A DNA stretch of 64,000 bases from an uncultured Trueperaceae bacterium (GTDB lineage: Bacteria > Deinococcota > Deinococci > Deinococcales > Trueperaceae). This document shows, one piece after another, positions 38,909 to 48,618 of this stretch. The first letter of the stretch is position 1. Each line of letters starts with the position of its first letter. The stretch covers positions 1 through 64,000 of the forward strand of contig CAWCXJ010000009.1 of the NCBI GenBank assembly GCA_963799485.1, given 5' to 3'. Position numbers and translations under genes: made by a program. The notes beneath the pieces are model-generated. The model had not been told where the DNA came from, searched no databases, and was given only the letters and a program-made list of their open reading frames with translations.

Positions 38909-40369
38909 AGCGGTCTTGACCTCGGCGATTTCATCCCAGGGGAGGATTTCGTGGCGACGCTCGAGTGTCGTTTCATGCCCCTTACCGGCGAGCAGCACCA
39001 GGTCGCCGGGTTGGGCGAGTGCCAACGCCTGCCGAATCGCTTCGCGCCTATCGGGAACGACCGAAAACGTTTTGCCCTCTCTGCCGCCGCCCCCTCGCGC
39101 ACCCGCCGCGAGCTGCGCCATAATACTTTCCGCGTCTTCCGAACGCGAATCTTCTTCGGTAAAAACTACAAAGTCGGCGTTGAGAACGGCACTTTCGCCC
39201 AGCGGCGCACGTTTGCCGGGGTCGCGTTCCCCGGCGGCTCCTACCACGACGATAAGTCGCCCCGAGACCTGAGGCCGCACCGCCTGCAGCGCCTTGGTCA
39301 GTGCCGGGGGCGTGTGGGCAAAATCCACCACGACGGTAAACGGCCCCTGCTGCACGACCTGCATTCGTCCGGGAACACCCGGAAACGTCGCCAGCCGCCG
39401 GAGCAGCGGGCCAATCGACACGCCCGCTTCGGATGCAGCTGCCAGCGCTGCTAGTGCGTTTAGGACGTTGTAACGACCGACCATCGGCAAGCTGGCCTCA
39501 AAGCGGGCACCGCGCAGCTCGAGAATCCACTCGAGGCTCCCGGTCAACTCGCGCACCCCGGTAGCGTGCCAGACGGCCCCTGCCGCCGTGCCGTAGCTTA
39601 CGCTCCGCGCCGCGCGCCGGGCAAAAAAACGGTACTCCGGGTCATCGAAGTTGAGGACGCTGACGCGGGCACGGTCGATAAGTTGCAGTTTCGCCTCGCG
39701 GTAAGCCGCCATCGTCCTGTGAAAATCGAGGTGTTCGGGCGAGAGGTTTGTCCACACGCCCACGTCGTAGTCCACCTCGTCCAGGCGGCGCTGCGCGAAC
39801 CCGTGCGAACTCGATTCGATGACCGCGTAGCGGCACCCGGCCCGGACAAACCGCGCCAAAAGTTCCTGAACGGCGGGCGCTTCGGGCGTCGTAAAGTGAC
39901 CGGGCAGCGTCAGCGTTTCGTCCCGGACTTTAACCCCCGCCGTCGATAGCAGTCCCGTAGGCGACTCGCCAGAGAGCAGGTGGTGGAGCAAGTATGAGGT
40001 CGTGGTTTTGCCGTCGGTACCGGTCACGCCCAGCGTATAAAGTTTGCGCGACGGTTGACCGTAAAGCGTCGCCGCAAGTTTAGCGAGCGCACTTTTATCG
40101 TCGGGAACGTAAATGTAGGGGACAGCGTAAAACCACGGGAACGTCCTCTGCTCTTCGGGAAGCGCTGTCCCGACGATAGCGACCGCGCCCTGGGAGATGG
40201 CTCTTTCGGCAAAACGGTGCCCGTCCAACGCGCCGCCCCGCCGGGCGACGAAAATCGAGGGGACACCGGCCTCCAAGTCCCGGGTATCTTGCACGACGCG
40301 CACGACTTCGGCGTCGGGTAGCAGCGGGCGCACCCCGAGCGCGTCACGAACCAGTTTGGTAAGTTTCAC
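38894..40369 (-). CDS. murE: UDP-N-acetylmuramoyl-dipeptide amino-acid ligase MurE
   Basis: GVTGTDGKTTT, TTPEA, ESSSHG, NLSPEHLDFH, GVPGRMQ, VDFAHTP, LAGKGHE. Likely GTG start at 40369. Confidence 0.93.
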   Translation of the reverse strand: MKLTKLVRDALGVRPLLPDAEVVRVVQDTRDLEAGVPSIFVARRGGALDGHRFAERAISQGAVAIVGTALPEEQRTFPWFYAVPYIYVPDDKSALAKLAATLYGQPSRKLYTLGVTGTDGKTTTSYLLHHLLSGESPTGLLSTAGVKVRDETLTLPGHFTTPEAPAVQELLARFVRAGCRYAVIESSSHGFAQRRLDEVDYDVGVWTNLSPEHLDFHRTMAAYREAKLQLIDRARVSVLNFDDPEYRFFARRAARSVSYGTAAGAVWHATGVRELTGSLEWILELRGARFEASLPMVGRYNVLNALAALAAASEAGVSIGPLLRRLATFPGVPGRMQVVQQGPFTVVVDFAHTPPALTKALQAVRPQVSGRLIVVVGAAGERDPGKRAPLGESAVLNADFVVFTEEDSRSEDAESIMAQLAAGARGGGGREGKTFSVVPDRREAIRQALALAQPGDLVLLAGKGHETTLERRHEILPWDEIAEVKTALGQR

Positions 40370-40622
40370 GCCGCTAGAACCTTTTTGCCAAACCCGGCTC
40401 GGGGCGTCGTGCAACAAGGGTACAAACAATAGAAGTGCAAACAATAAAAGTGCAAACAAGGTTTTGCCCGTTTAGTAATGACTGCACCGCGTCACCTTCC
40501 ACACCCAAACCCCCAAGCACTCGCCTGCCAAAAGAAAAATAACACAAAACGTCGTGCTGTGCGGCGTTAAGCTGAGCGTGACACGCCTGGAATTCTCGAG
40601 CCTGCAGCAGCGGAAGGCCGTT

Positions 40623-41246
40623 TCAGGGTGACAAAATCGGTTCGGTAAGGTAGGGGCGCAGCTGCTCGAGTACCGCTTCCAAAGCGGCGGTGTCATAGAT
40701 AAAATCGAAAGAGTCGGCCTCTAAGACAACCTTCGGCGAAAGCTCATACGCCGTAAACCAGCGCTCGTAAAGTACGCCGAGCCGCAGCAGGTAATCGTCT
40801 GAAAGCGCCGCTTCAAACGCTCGCCCGCGCAGGGCAATGTGGCGGCGCAAGGTCGGCAGCGACGCCCGCAAGTAAATGAGCAGGTCGGGCGACTTTAGCG
40901 CGTCCCGGATAGCCTCATACATCGTGGTGTAAACCCCGAAATCGCGCGCGTCCAGCACACCCGTTTCAAAAAGGTTACGGGCAAAAATCCCGGCGTCTTC
41001 GTAAAGCGTCCGGTCTTGAATCACGCGCCGTCCCGGATTGACCTGTGAGACATGTTGCGCCAGACGCTTGGACAAGAAAAACATCTGCGAGTGAAACGCG
41101 TAACGCGGCATATCGGCGTAAAAGTCTGCCAGATAGGGGTTTTCATCGGCGGCTTCGTACACGGGCTCGAGCGCAAAGTTTTCCGCCAAGATTTTCGTCA
41201 GGCTCGACTTCCCGGCCCCAATATTGCCGGCTACAGCAACAAACAT
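40623..41246 (-). CDS. Deoxynucleoside kinase
   Basis: VAGNIGAGKSSL, ENPYLADFY, QDRTLYED, PDLLIYLRAS, RGRAFE. Confidence 0.92.
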   Translation of the reverse strand: MFVAVAGNIGAGKSSLTKILAENFALEPVYEAADENPYLADFYADMPRYAFHSQMFFLSKRLAQHVSQVNPGRRVIQDRTLYEDAGIFARNLFETGVLDARDFGVYTTMYEAIRDALKSPDLLIYLRASLPTLRRHIALRGRAFEAALSDDYLLRLGVLYERWFTAYELSPKVVLEADSFDFIYDTAALEAVLEQLRPYLTEPILSP

Positions 41247-41264
41247 ACGAATATCAAATCCACC

Positions 41265-41867
41265 TCAGGCAGCCCGGGCGCGGCTGAGGATGTCAGCGAG
41301 AAGTCTCTCTCGGTCGTCCGGGCATGCCACAAAGTCGTACTCGGCAGCCTCAATGACGTAGCGCGGCGCGTCGTAGCTTTCAAAAAAACGGTCGTAAGCG
41401 TCACCGAGACGCCGCAGATAATCAGCCTCAATGTCCTGCTCAAAAGGTCGTCCGCGCTCTGCGATACGCTCCAAAAGCAGTTCCGGCGACGCCCGCAGGT
41501 AAACCGTCAGGTCAGGGCGCGGCAGTTTCGGGCTCAACTGCGCGTAAAGCCCCTGATAAAGCCCCCACTCGTCGCCGCGCAGGTTTAAGGAGGCGAAGAT
41601 AAAGTCTTTGTCGAACAGGTAGTCGGCAACAGTCGCGCCGTAAAAGAGCGAGCCCTGCGTCAACTCTTGCATCTGTTTGTAACGCGAAAGCAAAAAGAAC
41701 GTCTGGGCGCTGAAGGCGTAGCGTTCGGGGTCGGTATAAAAGCGTGCCAGAAAGGGGTTCTCCTCGACGACCTCGAGCAAGAGCCGTGCCCCGAGTTCGT
41801 CCGCTAAAAGTCGGCTCAAACTGGTTTTTCCGGCTCCGATCGGCCCTTCGGTGACAATCAGCGGCAT
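41265..41867 (-). CDS. Deoxynucleoside kinase (paralogous partner subunit)
   Basis: EGPIGAGKTSL, ENPFLARFY, DYLFDKD, PDLTVYLRAS, RGRPFEQ. ATG at 41867. Confidence 0.92.
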   Translation of the reverse strand: MPLIVTEGPIGAGKTSLSRLLADELGARLLLEVVEENPFLARFYTDPERYAFSAQTFFLLSRYKQMQELTQGSLFYGATVADYLFDKDFIFASLNLRGDEWGLYQGLYAQLSPKLPRPDLTVYLRASPELLLERIAERGRPFEQDIEADYLRRLGDAYDRFFESYDAPRYVIEAAEYDFVACPDDRERLLADILSRARAA

Positions 41868-42118
41868 CCTGTACTCCCCAAAAAACAGACCCCTAAAAAA
41901 CAATTGCGAACCGGCTACGCAGGCTTACGAGACCCCGCGCCCTTCCAGTATAGCCAACGGTTTTAGTTTTTCCCAGACGCAAAGCCGGTTTTTTGGACGG
42001 GTATTTGTAAGAACCTTGTAAGATTTTTCGCTTAGATGTCCCTCTTAAGGCTGAGTTAAGTTCAGCACGCTCTACTACACGAACCTCACCTTATAACTGA
42101 GGTTAGAAAGGCCGGTGG

Positions 42119-42583
42119 ATGGTGACGAGGACGCACAGCGTACAGAAAAGCTGGTCGGTAAACGCCGCGCCCCAAGAGCGTAAACGCTCCCGGCTCGCCG
42201 CTGCTTTAGGTGTCGAGCGGCGCACCTTGGCGGATGTTTTGGCTCAGGCGCAGTACAACCTGGACAAGCTCCGCAGCCTGACGTTGACCGATTTACAGCT
42301 GCTACTCAGCGTCCGCGACGCCGAACGCGTGTTTTATCTGGTGCAGTGGGAGTATCTTCAGGCACACCTCGAGCTTTACGGGACGCTGCCCCAAGCAGAC
42401 CTGGAGCCCCTATTAAAAACCCTTACGCCGATTTTCGAGCGGCATTTTAGCGGCAATACCCGCCTGAACGAAACGCTCTTGGCGCTCTACCGCGCCGAAC
42501 TCACTGGACGCAGTGAAGACGTATGCCTAAACCTGACGTCACCCTCTTCAGCACATCGGTTATTGCGCTGGTTGGGGCTTTAG
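42119..42583 (+). CDS. Hypothetical protein
   Basis: 154-aa ORF with an upstream AAAGG; no motif recognised. Confidence 0.6.
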   Translation: MVTRTHSVQKSWSVNAAPQERKRSRLAAALGVERRTLADVLAQAQYNLDKLRSLTLTDLQLLLSVRDAERVFYLVQWEYLQAHLELYGTLPQADLEPLLKTLTPIFERHFSGNTRLNETLLALYRAELTGRSEDVCLNLTSPSSAHRLLRWLGL

Positions 42584-42605
42584 CCCGCATCAGCTACTGT
42601 TTTGG

Positions 42606-42634
42606 TTGACGTAGCCTCTTATTTTGGCTACCCT
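42606..42634 (+). promoter_or_regulatory. Sigma70-type promoter upstream of the MFS gene
   Basis: TTGACG (42606-42611), 17-bp spacer, TACCCT (42629-42634). Confidence 0.55.
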
Positions 42635-42757
42635 AGACGCATCATGCTAACCACCGCTTGACTCAAGCGATCCTAAACCTGTCTCAGCGCAGCACGACAA
42701 TCGTCGTGATCGGGCCAATTTGCGCTGTAGACACCTCTTTCAGTTAGGTGGTAAGTT

Positions 42758-43932
42758 TTGCGTTCACGTCAGCTGTCTCCTTATGCTGTCTATCTCAGCT
42801 CGTCTGCTGCAACCGCTTTTTTCTTTACGGTTTTCGCTACCCTGTCGTCGGTTTACCGGATTCAAACGGCGGGCCTGAGCCCCCTGCAACTCGTTTTAAT
42901 CGGGACGGTGCTCGAGCTGAGCGTTTTCATCTTCGAGGTACCGACGGGCGTCGTCGCCGACCTCACCAGCCGCCGCCGTTCGGTCATCATCGGGATGTTC
43001 TTGATTGGGGCAGGGTTTATGCTCGAGGGTCTTTTCCCGGTCTTCGCCACAATGCTTCTCGCACAGGTTATCTGGGGCGTCGGCGCAGCCTTCGAGAGCG
43101 GCGCAAAAGAAGCCTGGATCGCCGATGAACTAGGCGCACGGGTCGGCGCGGCTTTTCTCCGTGCTGTGCAAGTCGGGCAGCTCGCCTCACTCGCCGGGAT
43201 TGCCGTAGCGGTCGCCCTCGGCAACGTTTACCTCGCCTTGCCGCTCGTCGTCGGTGGAGCCGGCTTTCTCGGGGTCGGAGTATTTTTGCTGCTCTTTATG
43301 CGTGAAGGCAGCTTTACGCCTGCGTCTAAAAGTGCTTACCCGCTCACTGCAATAGGGGAAACACTCCGCACCGGCCTGACCCTCGTTCGGCGCACACCCA
43401 CGCTGCTTACCATTCTCGTGATTACCGGGATTTCGGGCGCGTCGTCCGAAACGTTCGACCGGCTTTGGGAGGTCCGTATCTTACAGCTCGGCCTGCCTGA
43501 GCTTGGCGCACTCCCCGACCTCGCCTGGTTCGGCCTCATCAGCGCCGGGGCGATGCTCTTGTCCGTACTTGCCACCGAAGGTGTGCGGCGCTACACGAGC
43601 CGGAGCCCACGTTTTACGGTAAAACTGCTTGCGGGTATCAGCACGCTGCTCATGCTGAGCGTCATCGGTTTTGGTCTAGCCGGTCGTTTTACGGTAGCGC
43701 TGGCTTTCTACTGGGCGTCGTACCTGCTGCGTACGGCTATTTGGAGCCCCAAACACGCGCCACTGTCTTTTCGCTCAACGCCCAAACCGACGCACTCGGG
43801 CAGATTGCCGGAGGGCCGCTGTTAGGTCTGCTGGCTAACGTGTCGCTGCGCGGCGCGTTCGGGGCGGCTGGACTTTTACTGCTGCCGGCGGTGTTTCTCT
43901 ATCTGCGACTTTTACGGCAAAGGAGCGGTTAA
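42758..43932 (+). pseudogene. MFS exporter (TetA(P)-like family), frameshifted near the 3' end
   Basis: FEVPTGVVADLTSRR, SGAKEAWIADE, SETFDRLWE. The frame breaks at ~43740 and resumes as EPQTRATVFSLNAQTDALGQIAGGP in another frame. Confidence 0.8.
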
Positions 43933-44423
43933 GTGTTTTCGTACCGCCCTATATGCCTTGCTCTTTGCCGCAAATACTCCGGGTCTTCTCTAGCCTCTAC
44001 ATACTTCTCGTAAAAAATTGCTGCTGCTGCTGCTTTTACCGGATCTTCTTCGCGGGGCAAGCGCTCCCGCCCATGTGCGCCGCTCTGCCCTTTTTTATCT
44101 TCCGGGACCGGGCCGTCGTACTTTTTCCCGCCTTTATGGTTTGCGTAACGCCTAGAGCGTGTCCAGCCCATCTGTAAAAACTTGCGCGCCATATCCGCGC
44201 CCGGAAAATCTTCAGCATTTAGGTAAGCCCGAAACATTTCGTAGAGTTTGCTCGAGGACACCTCGGCAACCTCCGGGTTCTTGAAGCGCCAGTGGGGGAG
44301 AAGTTCGCTTTTGTACGGTTCGATGAGCAGCACGCCCTGCTCGCCTTTGCCGATACGGTAAAGTTCCGGGTGTTCCCGAAAATTCAGGGTCTTGAAGTCT
44401 AGGTTGTAGTCGAACTTTGCCAC
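43929..44423 (-). CDS. DUF4385-family protein
   Basis: YRIGKGEQGVLLIEPYKSE, DMARKFLQMG, RRYANHKGG. Confidence 0.8.
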   Translation of the reverse strand: MAKFDYNLDFKTLNFREHPELYRIGKGEQGVLLIEPYKSELLPHWRFKNPEVAEVSSSKLYEMFRAYLNAEDFPGADMARKFLQMGWTRSRRYANHKGGKKYDGPVPEDKKGQSGAHGRERLPREEDPVKAAAAAIFYEKYVEAREDPEYLRQRARHIGRYENT

Positions 44424-44493
44424 ACCCGACTGTAGCGGATTCTCAAAATGAACACTTTGCCTCCGCGCATAATCGGTTGAGGAGGCGACACTT

Positions 44494-44727
44494 ATGACCT
44501 ACAACGTGACCGGTTCAGGGATTCCCGCGCCCGACGTGCCGATGCCGACCAACCCGCAAGGAGTGCCCGATGTACCCGGCGAAGCGCCGATGAACCCGCC
44601 CGGTGAGCAGCCCGACGCGCCGCTCGAGGTTCCCGAAACGCCGGGCCGCGACGCGCCTTTGGATTCTCCCGGACGTGAGCAGCCGTCTGAAAACGATGAT
44701 TTGCCGGGAAGGGAAGAACCTGTCTAA
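44494..44727 (+). CDS. Small acidic proline-rich protein
   Basis: 77 aa with a strong GAGGAGG RBS. Confidence 0.65.
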   Translation: MTYNVTGSGIPAPDVPMPTNPQGVPDVPGEAPMNPPGEQPDAPLEVPETPGRDAPLDSPGREQPSENDDLPGREEPV

Positions 44728-44759
44728 ACCGAGCGAGTCAAGAAGATTGTCAGGCAAAT

Positions 44760-45110
44760 ATGGCTGAGCGGACAATCATTCCAAATGCCGATGAAGCCGT
44801 TGTACCGCCGGAAAAGGTACGTGGTTATCTACTGTCTGTTTCACAGCCGGTAGGCAGATTCAAAGCCGTTTTCTTTCGCTCACTCGGTTACATAGCTGCC
44901 GACTGGGAAAGGCTCGAGGCTGACCTCCGTGCGCTTCTCGTTTTTGAAGCGGAGCTTGGAGAAAAAACCGAATACGGACAGAAATATGTGCTTAGAGGCC
45001 GGATTACGGGGCCGGCGGGCAGAAGCGTAGAGATTACGACGGTTTGGATTATACTCGAGGGTGAAAGCAGACCTCGGTTTGTTACCGCTTATCCGGGAGG
45101 CTACATATGA
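44760..45110 (+). CDS. DUF6883-like protein (putative toxin)
   Basis: KVRGYLLS, KAVFFRSLGY, YGQKY, ITTVWI, PRFVTAYP. ATGA overlap with the next gene. Confidence 0.7.
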   Translation: MAERTIIPNADEAVVPPEKVRGYLLSVSQPVGRFKAVFFRSLGYIAADWERLEADLRALLVFEAELGEKTEYGQKYVLRGRITGPAGRSVEITTVWIILEGESRPRFVTAYPGGYI

Positions 45111-45331
45111 AAGTGTTGGATACTGTTGTTCTGAACAAGGATTTGCCGAACTTGGGTTTACGGCGTGGTGACATCGGCGCTGTTGTCGAGGTATATAAAC
45201 CGGATGGCCTCGAGGTTGAGTTTGTCACCGGCTCGGGTCAGACGCAAGCTTTAGTTACGCTGAAAACAGCCGAAGTCAGGCCGCTCAGCGGTACGGATAT
45301 TCTCGCTGTGCGCTCGCTCAACGCCGCTTAA
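45107..45331 (+). CDS. DUF4926-family protein
   Basis: LDTVVLNKDLP..GLRRGDIGAVVEVY..EVEFVTGSGQT. Confidence 0.8.
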   Translation: MKVLDTVVLNKDLPNLGLRRGDIGAVVEVYKPDGLEVEFVTGSGQTQALVTLKTAEVRPLSGTDILAVRSLNAA

Positions 45332-45339
45332 AATGGTTC

Positions 45340-46035
45340 ATGTATAGCCAAACCGCCCAATACTACGATTTAATTTACGGTTTCAAAGATTACGCTGCGG
45401 AAACTGAGAAGATTACAACTTTAATACAACAAGAGCTGCCGACTGCAAAGACGATTCTAGACGTAGCTTGCGGCACGGCTGAACACGCCAAACTGCTCAG
45501 CAAACAGTTTGAGGTTGACGGGATTGACCTCGAGCCCGCCTTTGTAAAAATAGCTAAAGGGAAGGTTCCTTCCGGCGAGTTTTGGCTCGCTGACATGAGC
45601 GATTTTAGTTTGCCTAAAACATACGATGTTGTGCTGTGCCTGTTTTCCTCTATCGGCTATCTGCCGACCAAAGAAAAAGTAGTCGCCGCTCTGGAAAGCT
45701 TCAAAAAACACCTGAACCCCGGAGGCGTCATCTTCGTTGAACCTTGGATCACACCTGAAAACTGGCAAGTTGGACATACGGTTATGGTCACAGCCGAATC
45801 GGACGACCTCAAAATCTGCCGGATGAACGTCTCCGAGCAAACCGATAACCGCTCTGTGCTCAACTTTCACTATCTCGTCGCTACAAAATACGGTGTCGAG
45901 CATTTGGAAGAAAAGCATGAACTCGTTCTTTATACAAAAGAAGAGATGTTTGGGTGTTTTGCAGAAGCGGGTCTCAAGGTTTCTTATGATGAAAGATTTT
46001 TTGGTCGGGGTTTGCATACTGCCCGCACGCCGTAA
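45340..46035 (+). CDS. Class I SAM-dependent methyltransferase
   Basis: AQYYDLIY, ILDVACGT, CLFSSIGY, LNPGG, VEPW. Confidence 0.9.
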   Translation: MYSQTAQYYDLIYGFKDYAAETEKITTLIQQELPTAKTILDVACGTAEHAKLLSKQFEVDGIDLEPAFVKIAKGKVPSGEFWLADMSDFSLPKTYDVVLCLFSSIGYLPTKEKVVAALESFKKHLNPGGVIFVEPWITPENWQVGHTVMVTAESDDLKICRMNVSEQTDNRSVLNFHYLVATKYGVEHLEEKHELVLYTKEEMFGCFAEAGLKVSYDERFFGRGLHTARTP

Positions 46036-46078
46036 ACCTTGACGTTGCGTTTGGCAAAAACAGAGTTGAGAGATAACT

Positions 46079-46119
46079 AAAAACGTACCCCGCTTCGATA
46101 TGCAAGCGGGGTACGTTTT
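46079..46119. terminator. Bidirectional intrinsic terminator
   Basis: AAAAACGTACCCCGCTT-loop-AAGCGGGGTACGTTTT between convergent genes. Confidence 0.85.
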
Positions 46120-46133
46120 CGTCAAAGCCTACC

Positions 46134-47219
46134 CTATTTCTGCGGCCACTCGGGATTGGTCACAAAGTCGGTGGGGTCAAGCTCATAACGCCCGAAGTCA
46201 CGCTCGTGCCTGGTAATCTTGCCGTAAATCCGCTGCACGTCGCCCTCGACCAGCCCGTAATCGAACGAGTCCCAGATGGCGGTCAGCTGCGTGCCGTCGT
46301 CTGCTTTGCTCGGGACGATGCGGCCTTTTTTGATGCCCTCCTCGAGCTTTTTCCGGCTCTCGATCCCCAGGTTGCGAAACACCACCTGCACCACGTCGCG
46401 GGCGTATTCACGGGGGCCGTAAATCCCGGCTTTGTAGACCGCGTAGTTGAACTTGTCCCAATCCGGCACGATGTTGTTCGCCGGCATCGTAAAGTGCGTG
46501 ATCACGTCTTGGATGGCCTCTAAAGTGCGCTGCGGGTAGTAGTACAAGAAAAGTCTGACGCCTTCTAGAAAGAAGTTGTAGTGCGCGGCTTCGTCGGTGG
46601 CAATCGTCTGGGCCACACGCGCTAGCACCGGGTCGGCGTCGTTCTGGTGCTGCGGTTTGTCCGACTTGCCGTTGGCGATCTTGAGCAGGTTGAGGTAGTT
46701 GAGCTGGGTGGCGCGTTCTTGAAACACCGTGTAGACGAGGTTACGCAGCGCGTCGCCTTCCCATAAACTGCGGTGGACGCTGGCGCGCAGGTCTTCTTTA
46801 TACGACTCGATAAAGCCGGGCGTGCGCTGCTGCGAGAACAAAAGCGAGTTCTCCCAGGTGTCGGCGTGTTTTTCTTCTTCGGAACCCCAGCGGAGCTGGA
46901 AGTGGCTGCGCCCGTGAGAGCGGCGTACCAGGTTCAGGATTTCGTCGACGTAGTCGGGGGTGTAGTACTCGACGGCAAAGAAGCCCTGCAAAATCTGCAT
47001 CAGCGGTTCGGAGAAGTCTTTGCGCAGGTTGCGCCAGGCGAACGATTTGTCCGGGTTCCAGTTGCGCGTCTCCTGGCTGCGGGCGGTGTACCAGCGGTAA
47101 AGACCCAAAAAGCCGCGTTCGATCAGCCGGTCTTTTTCCTGGCGGCTCAGCATACCGGCGGGCGTGCGGCTGCGGAGGTCGTCTAGGATGCTCGCGGGGG
47201 GGATGGTCAGGCTCGACAA
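46134..47219 (-). CDS. Acyl-ACP desaturase (ferritin-like di-iron protein)
   Basis: WGSEEEKH and ATDEAAH ExxH pairs, YTVFQERAT, DPVLARV, FTMPA. Confidence 0.85.
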   Translation of the reverse strand: MSSLTIPPASILDDLRSRTPAGMLSRQEKDRLIERGFLGLYRWYTARSQETRNWNPDKSFAWRNLRKDFSEPLMQILQGFFAVEYYTPDYVDEILNLVRRSHGRSHFQLRWGSEEEKHADTWENSLLFSQQRTPGFIESYKEDLRASVHRSLWEGDALRNLVYTVFQERATQLNYLNLLKIANGKSDKPQHQNDADPVLARVAQTIATDEAAHYNFFLEGVRLFLYYYPQRTLEAIQDVITHFTMPANNIVPDWDKFNYAVYKAGIYGPREYARDVVQVVFRNLGIESRKKLEEGIKKGRIVPSKADDGTQLTAIWDSFDYGLVEGDVQRIYGKITRHERDFGRYELDPTDFVTNPEWPQK

Positions 47220-47392
47220 GGAGGGCTCCTTTTTGATAACGTCACATGTTGTCGACGGATAATAAAGCTAGTCTAGCAAGCTGCCAGCTAAAACCAGCGT
47301 AACAACCTTACAGTTTCGTTGGGTACAAGACTTCAACACCTCTATCTTGAGCTTTTTCTCACGCTTTTTACACCTGTCACCTGCGCGGGAGT

Positions 47393-48520
47393 TTACCGGT
47401 ACGCACGCTCAACTCGCGGACTGAGCCGCACCAGAAGCTCGTAAGAGATGGTTCCGGCAGCTTGGCCCAGTGTTTCAGCCGTCGGACCTTGCGGCCCAAA
47501 GACCGTCACCCGGTCGCCGACCTGCACGTCTAGGTCACCGACATCGACCATAAGCTGATCCATACATACGCGCCCGACGATGGGGCGACACTGCCCGCGA
47601 AGCCGCACCTGCGCGGCGGGAGTCGTGCTCAAAACGCGCGGGTAGCCGTCGGCGTACCCAAAGCGCACGGTGGCGATAGTCGTATCTTCCGGGGCTGTCC
47701 AGAGCGCGCCGTAAGAGAGGCTTTGTCCTTCGCAAACGCGTTTAACGAACGTTACGGGGGCGCTGAGGGTCATTGCGGGGATGAGGTCAGAGGCGTAAGT
47801 GGCGCTGTGGGGGCTCGAGTGATACCCATACAGCGCAATCCCGGGCCGCACCATCTCGAAGTGCGATTCGGGATAAGCCAGCGTCGCGGCAGAGTTGGCG
47901 GTGTGTTTGAGCGGCGGCTGAATCCCGGCACGTTCCAAGGCTGAAACGGCTTCGTAAAACCTTTCGAGTTGCCCTTCGGTGTACGCCCGGTCAGGTTCGT
48001 CCGCACAGGCGAAGTGTGTCCACACCCCCTCGAGTTCCACCCCCGGCGTGCTGTCTAGCAGCTTAGCCGTCGCCAACGTCTCTTTCGTTCCACCGCCCAA
48101 ACGCCCCATCCCGGTATCGACCTTGAGATGAACCCGCGCTTTGTGTCCGGTGGCGGCTTTTTTTACGGCGTCGGCGCTGCGGATATCTACGACGCTCAAG
48201 GTGACGTCTTGCTCGAGCAGTTCTTCTAAACCGTGATAGACCGGCGTAAAGATGAGGATGCGTCCCGTAACGCCGCCCGCACGTAGCTCTAACGCCTCGC
48301 CTGCTGTTGCCACCCCAAACCACGAGACGCCGAGCGCCTCTAAGTGCCGCGCCGTTCCAACTGCGCCGTGACCGTAGGCGTTCGCCTTGACCGGCGCTAA
48401 CATCGCCGTTGCCGGGCGGAGTCGCGCACGCAGCACCTGAACATTGTGTGCTAGTGCAGCGAGTGAAACGGTTGCCAGGGGTGCGTCATAGTGTAGGTCA
48501 TGGTGCAGAGCATACGTCAT
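47393..48520 (-). CDS. alr: Alanine racemase
   Basis: APVKANAYGHG, HLKVDTGMGRLG, VRPGIALYG, GYADGY, GRVCMDQ, GTISYE. Confidence 0.96.
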   Translation of the reverse strand: MTYALHHDLHYDAPLATVSLAALAHNVQVLRARLRPATAMLAPVKANAYGHGAVGTARHLEALGVSWFGVATAGEALELRAGGVTGRILIFTPVYHGLEELLEQDVTLSVVDIRSADAVKKAATGHKARVHLKVDTGMGRLGGGTKETLATAKLLDSTPGVELEGVWTHFACADEPDRAYTEGQLERFYEAVSALERAGIQPPLKHTANSAATLAYPESHFEMVRPGIALYGYHSSPHSATYASDLIPAMTLSAPVTFVKRVCEGQSLSYGALWTAPEDTTIATVRFGYADGYPRVLSTTPAAQVRLRGQCRPIVGRVCMDQLMVDVGDLDVQVGDRVTVFGPQGPTAETLGQAAGTISYELLVRLSPRVERAYR

Positions 48521-48618
48521 ACTGCGTGCAGCATACCGTTTCCGGTGTTAGCCACGGTTGCGCACTTGTACCTGTATGCACTTGTACCTGGGGCCGGGCG
48601 TTTAAGATGAGCTGACAG

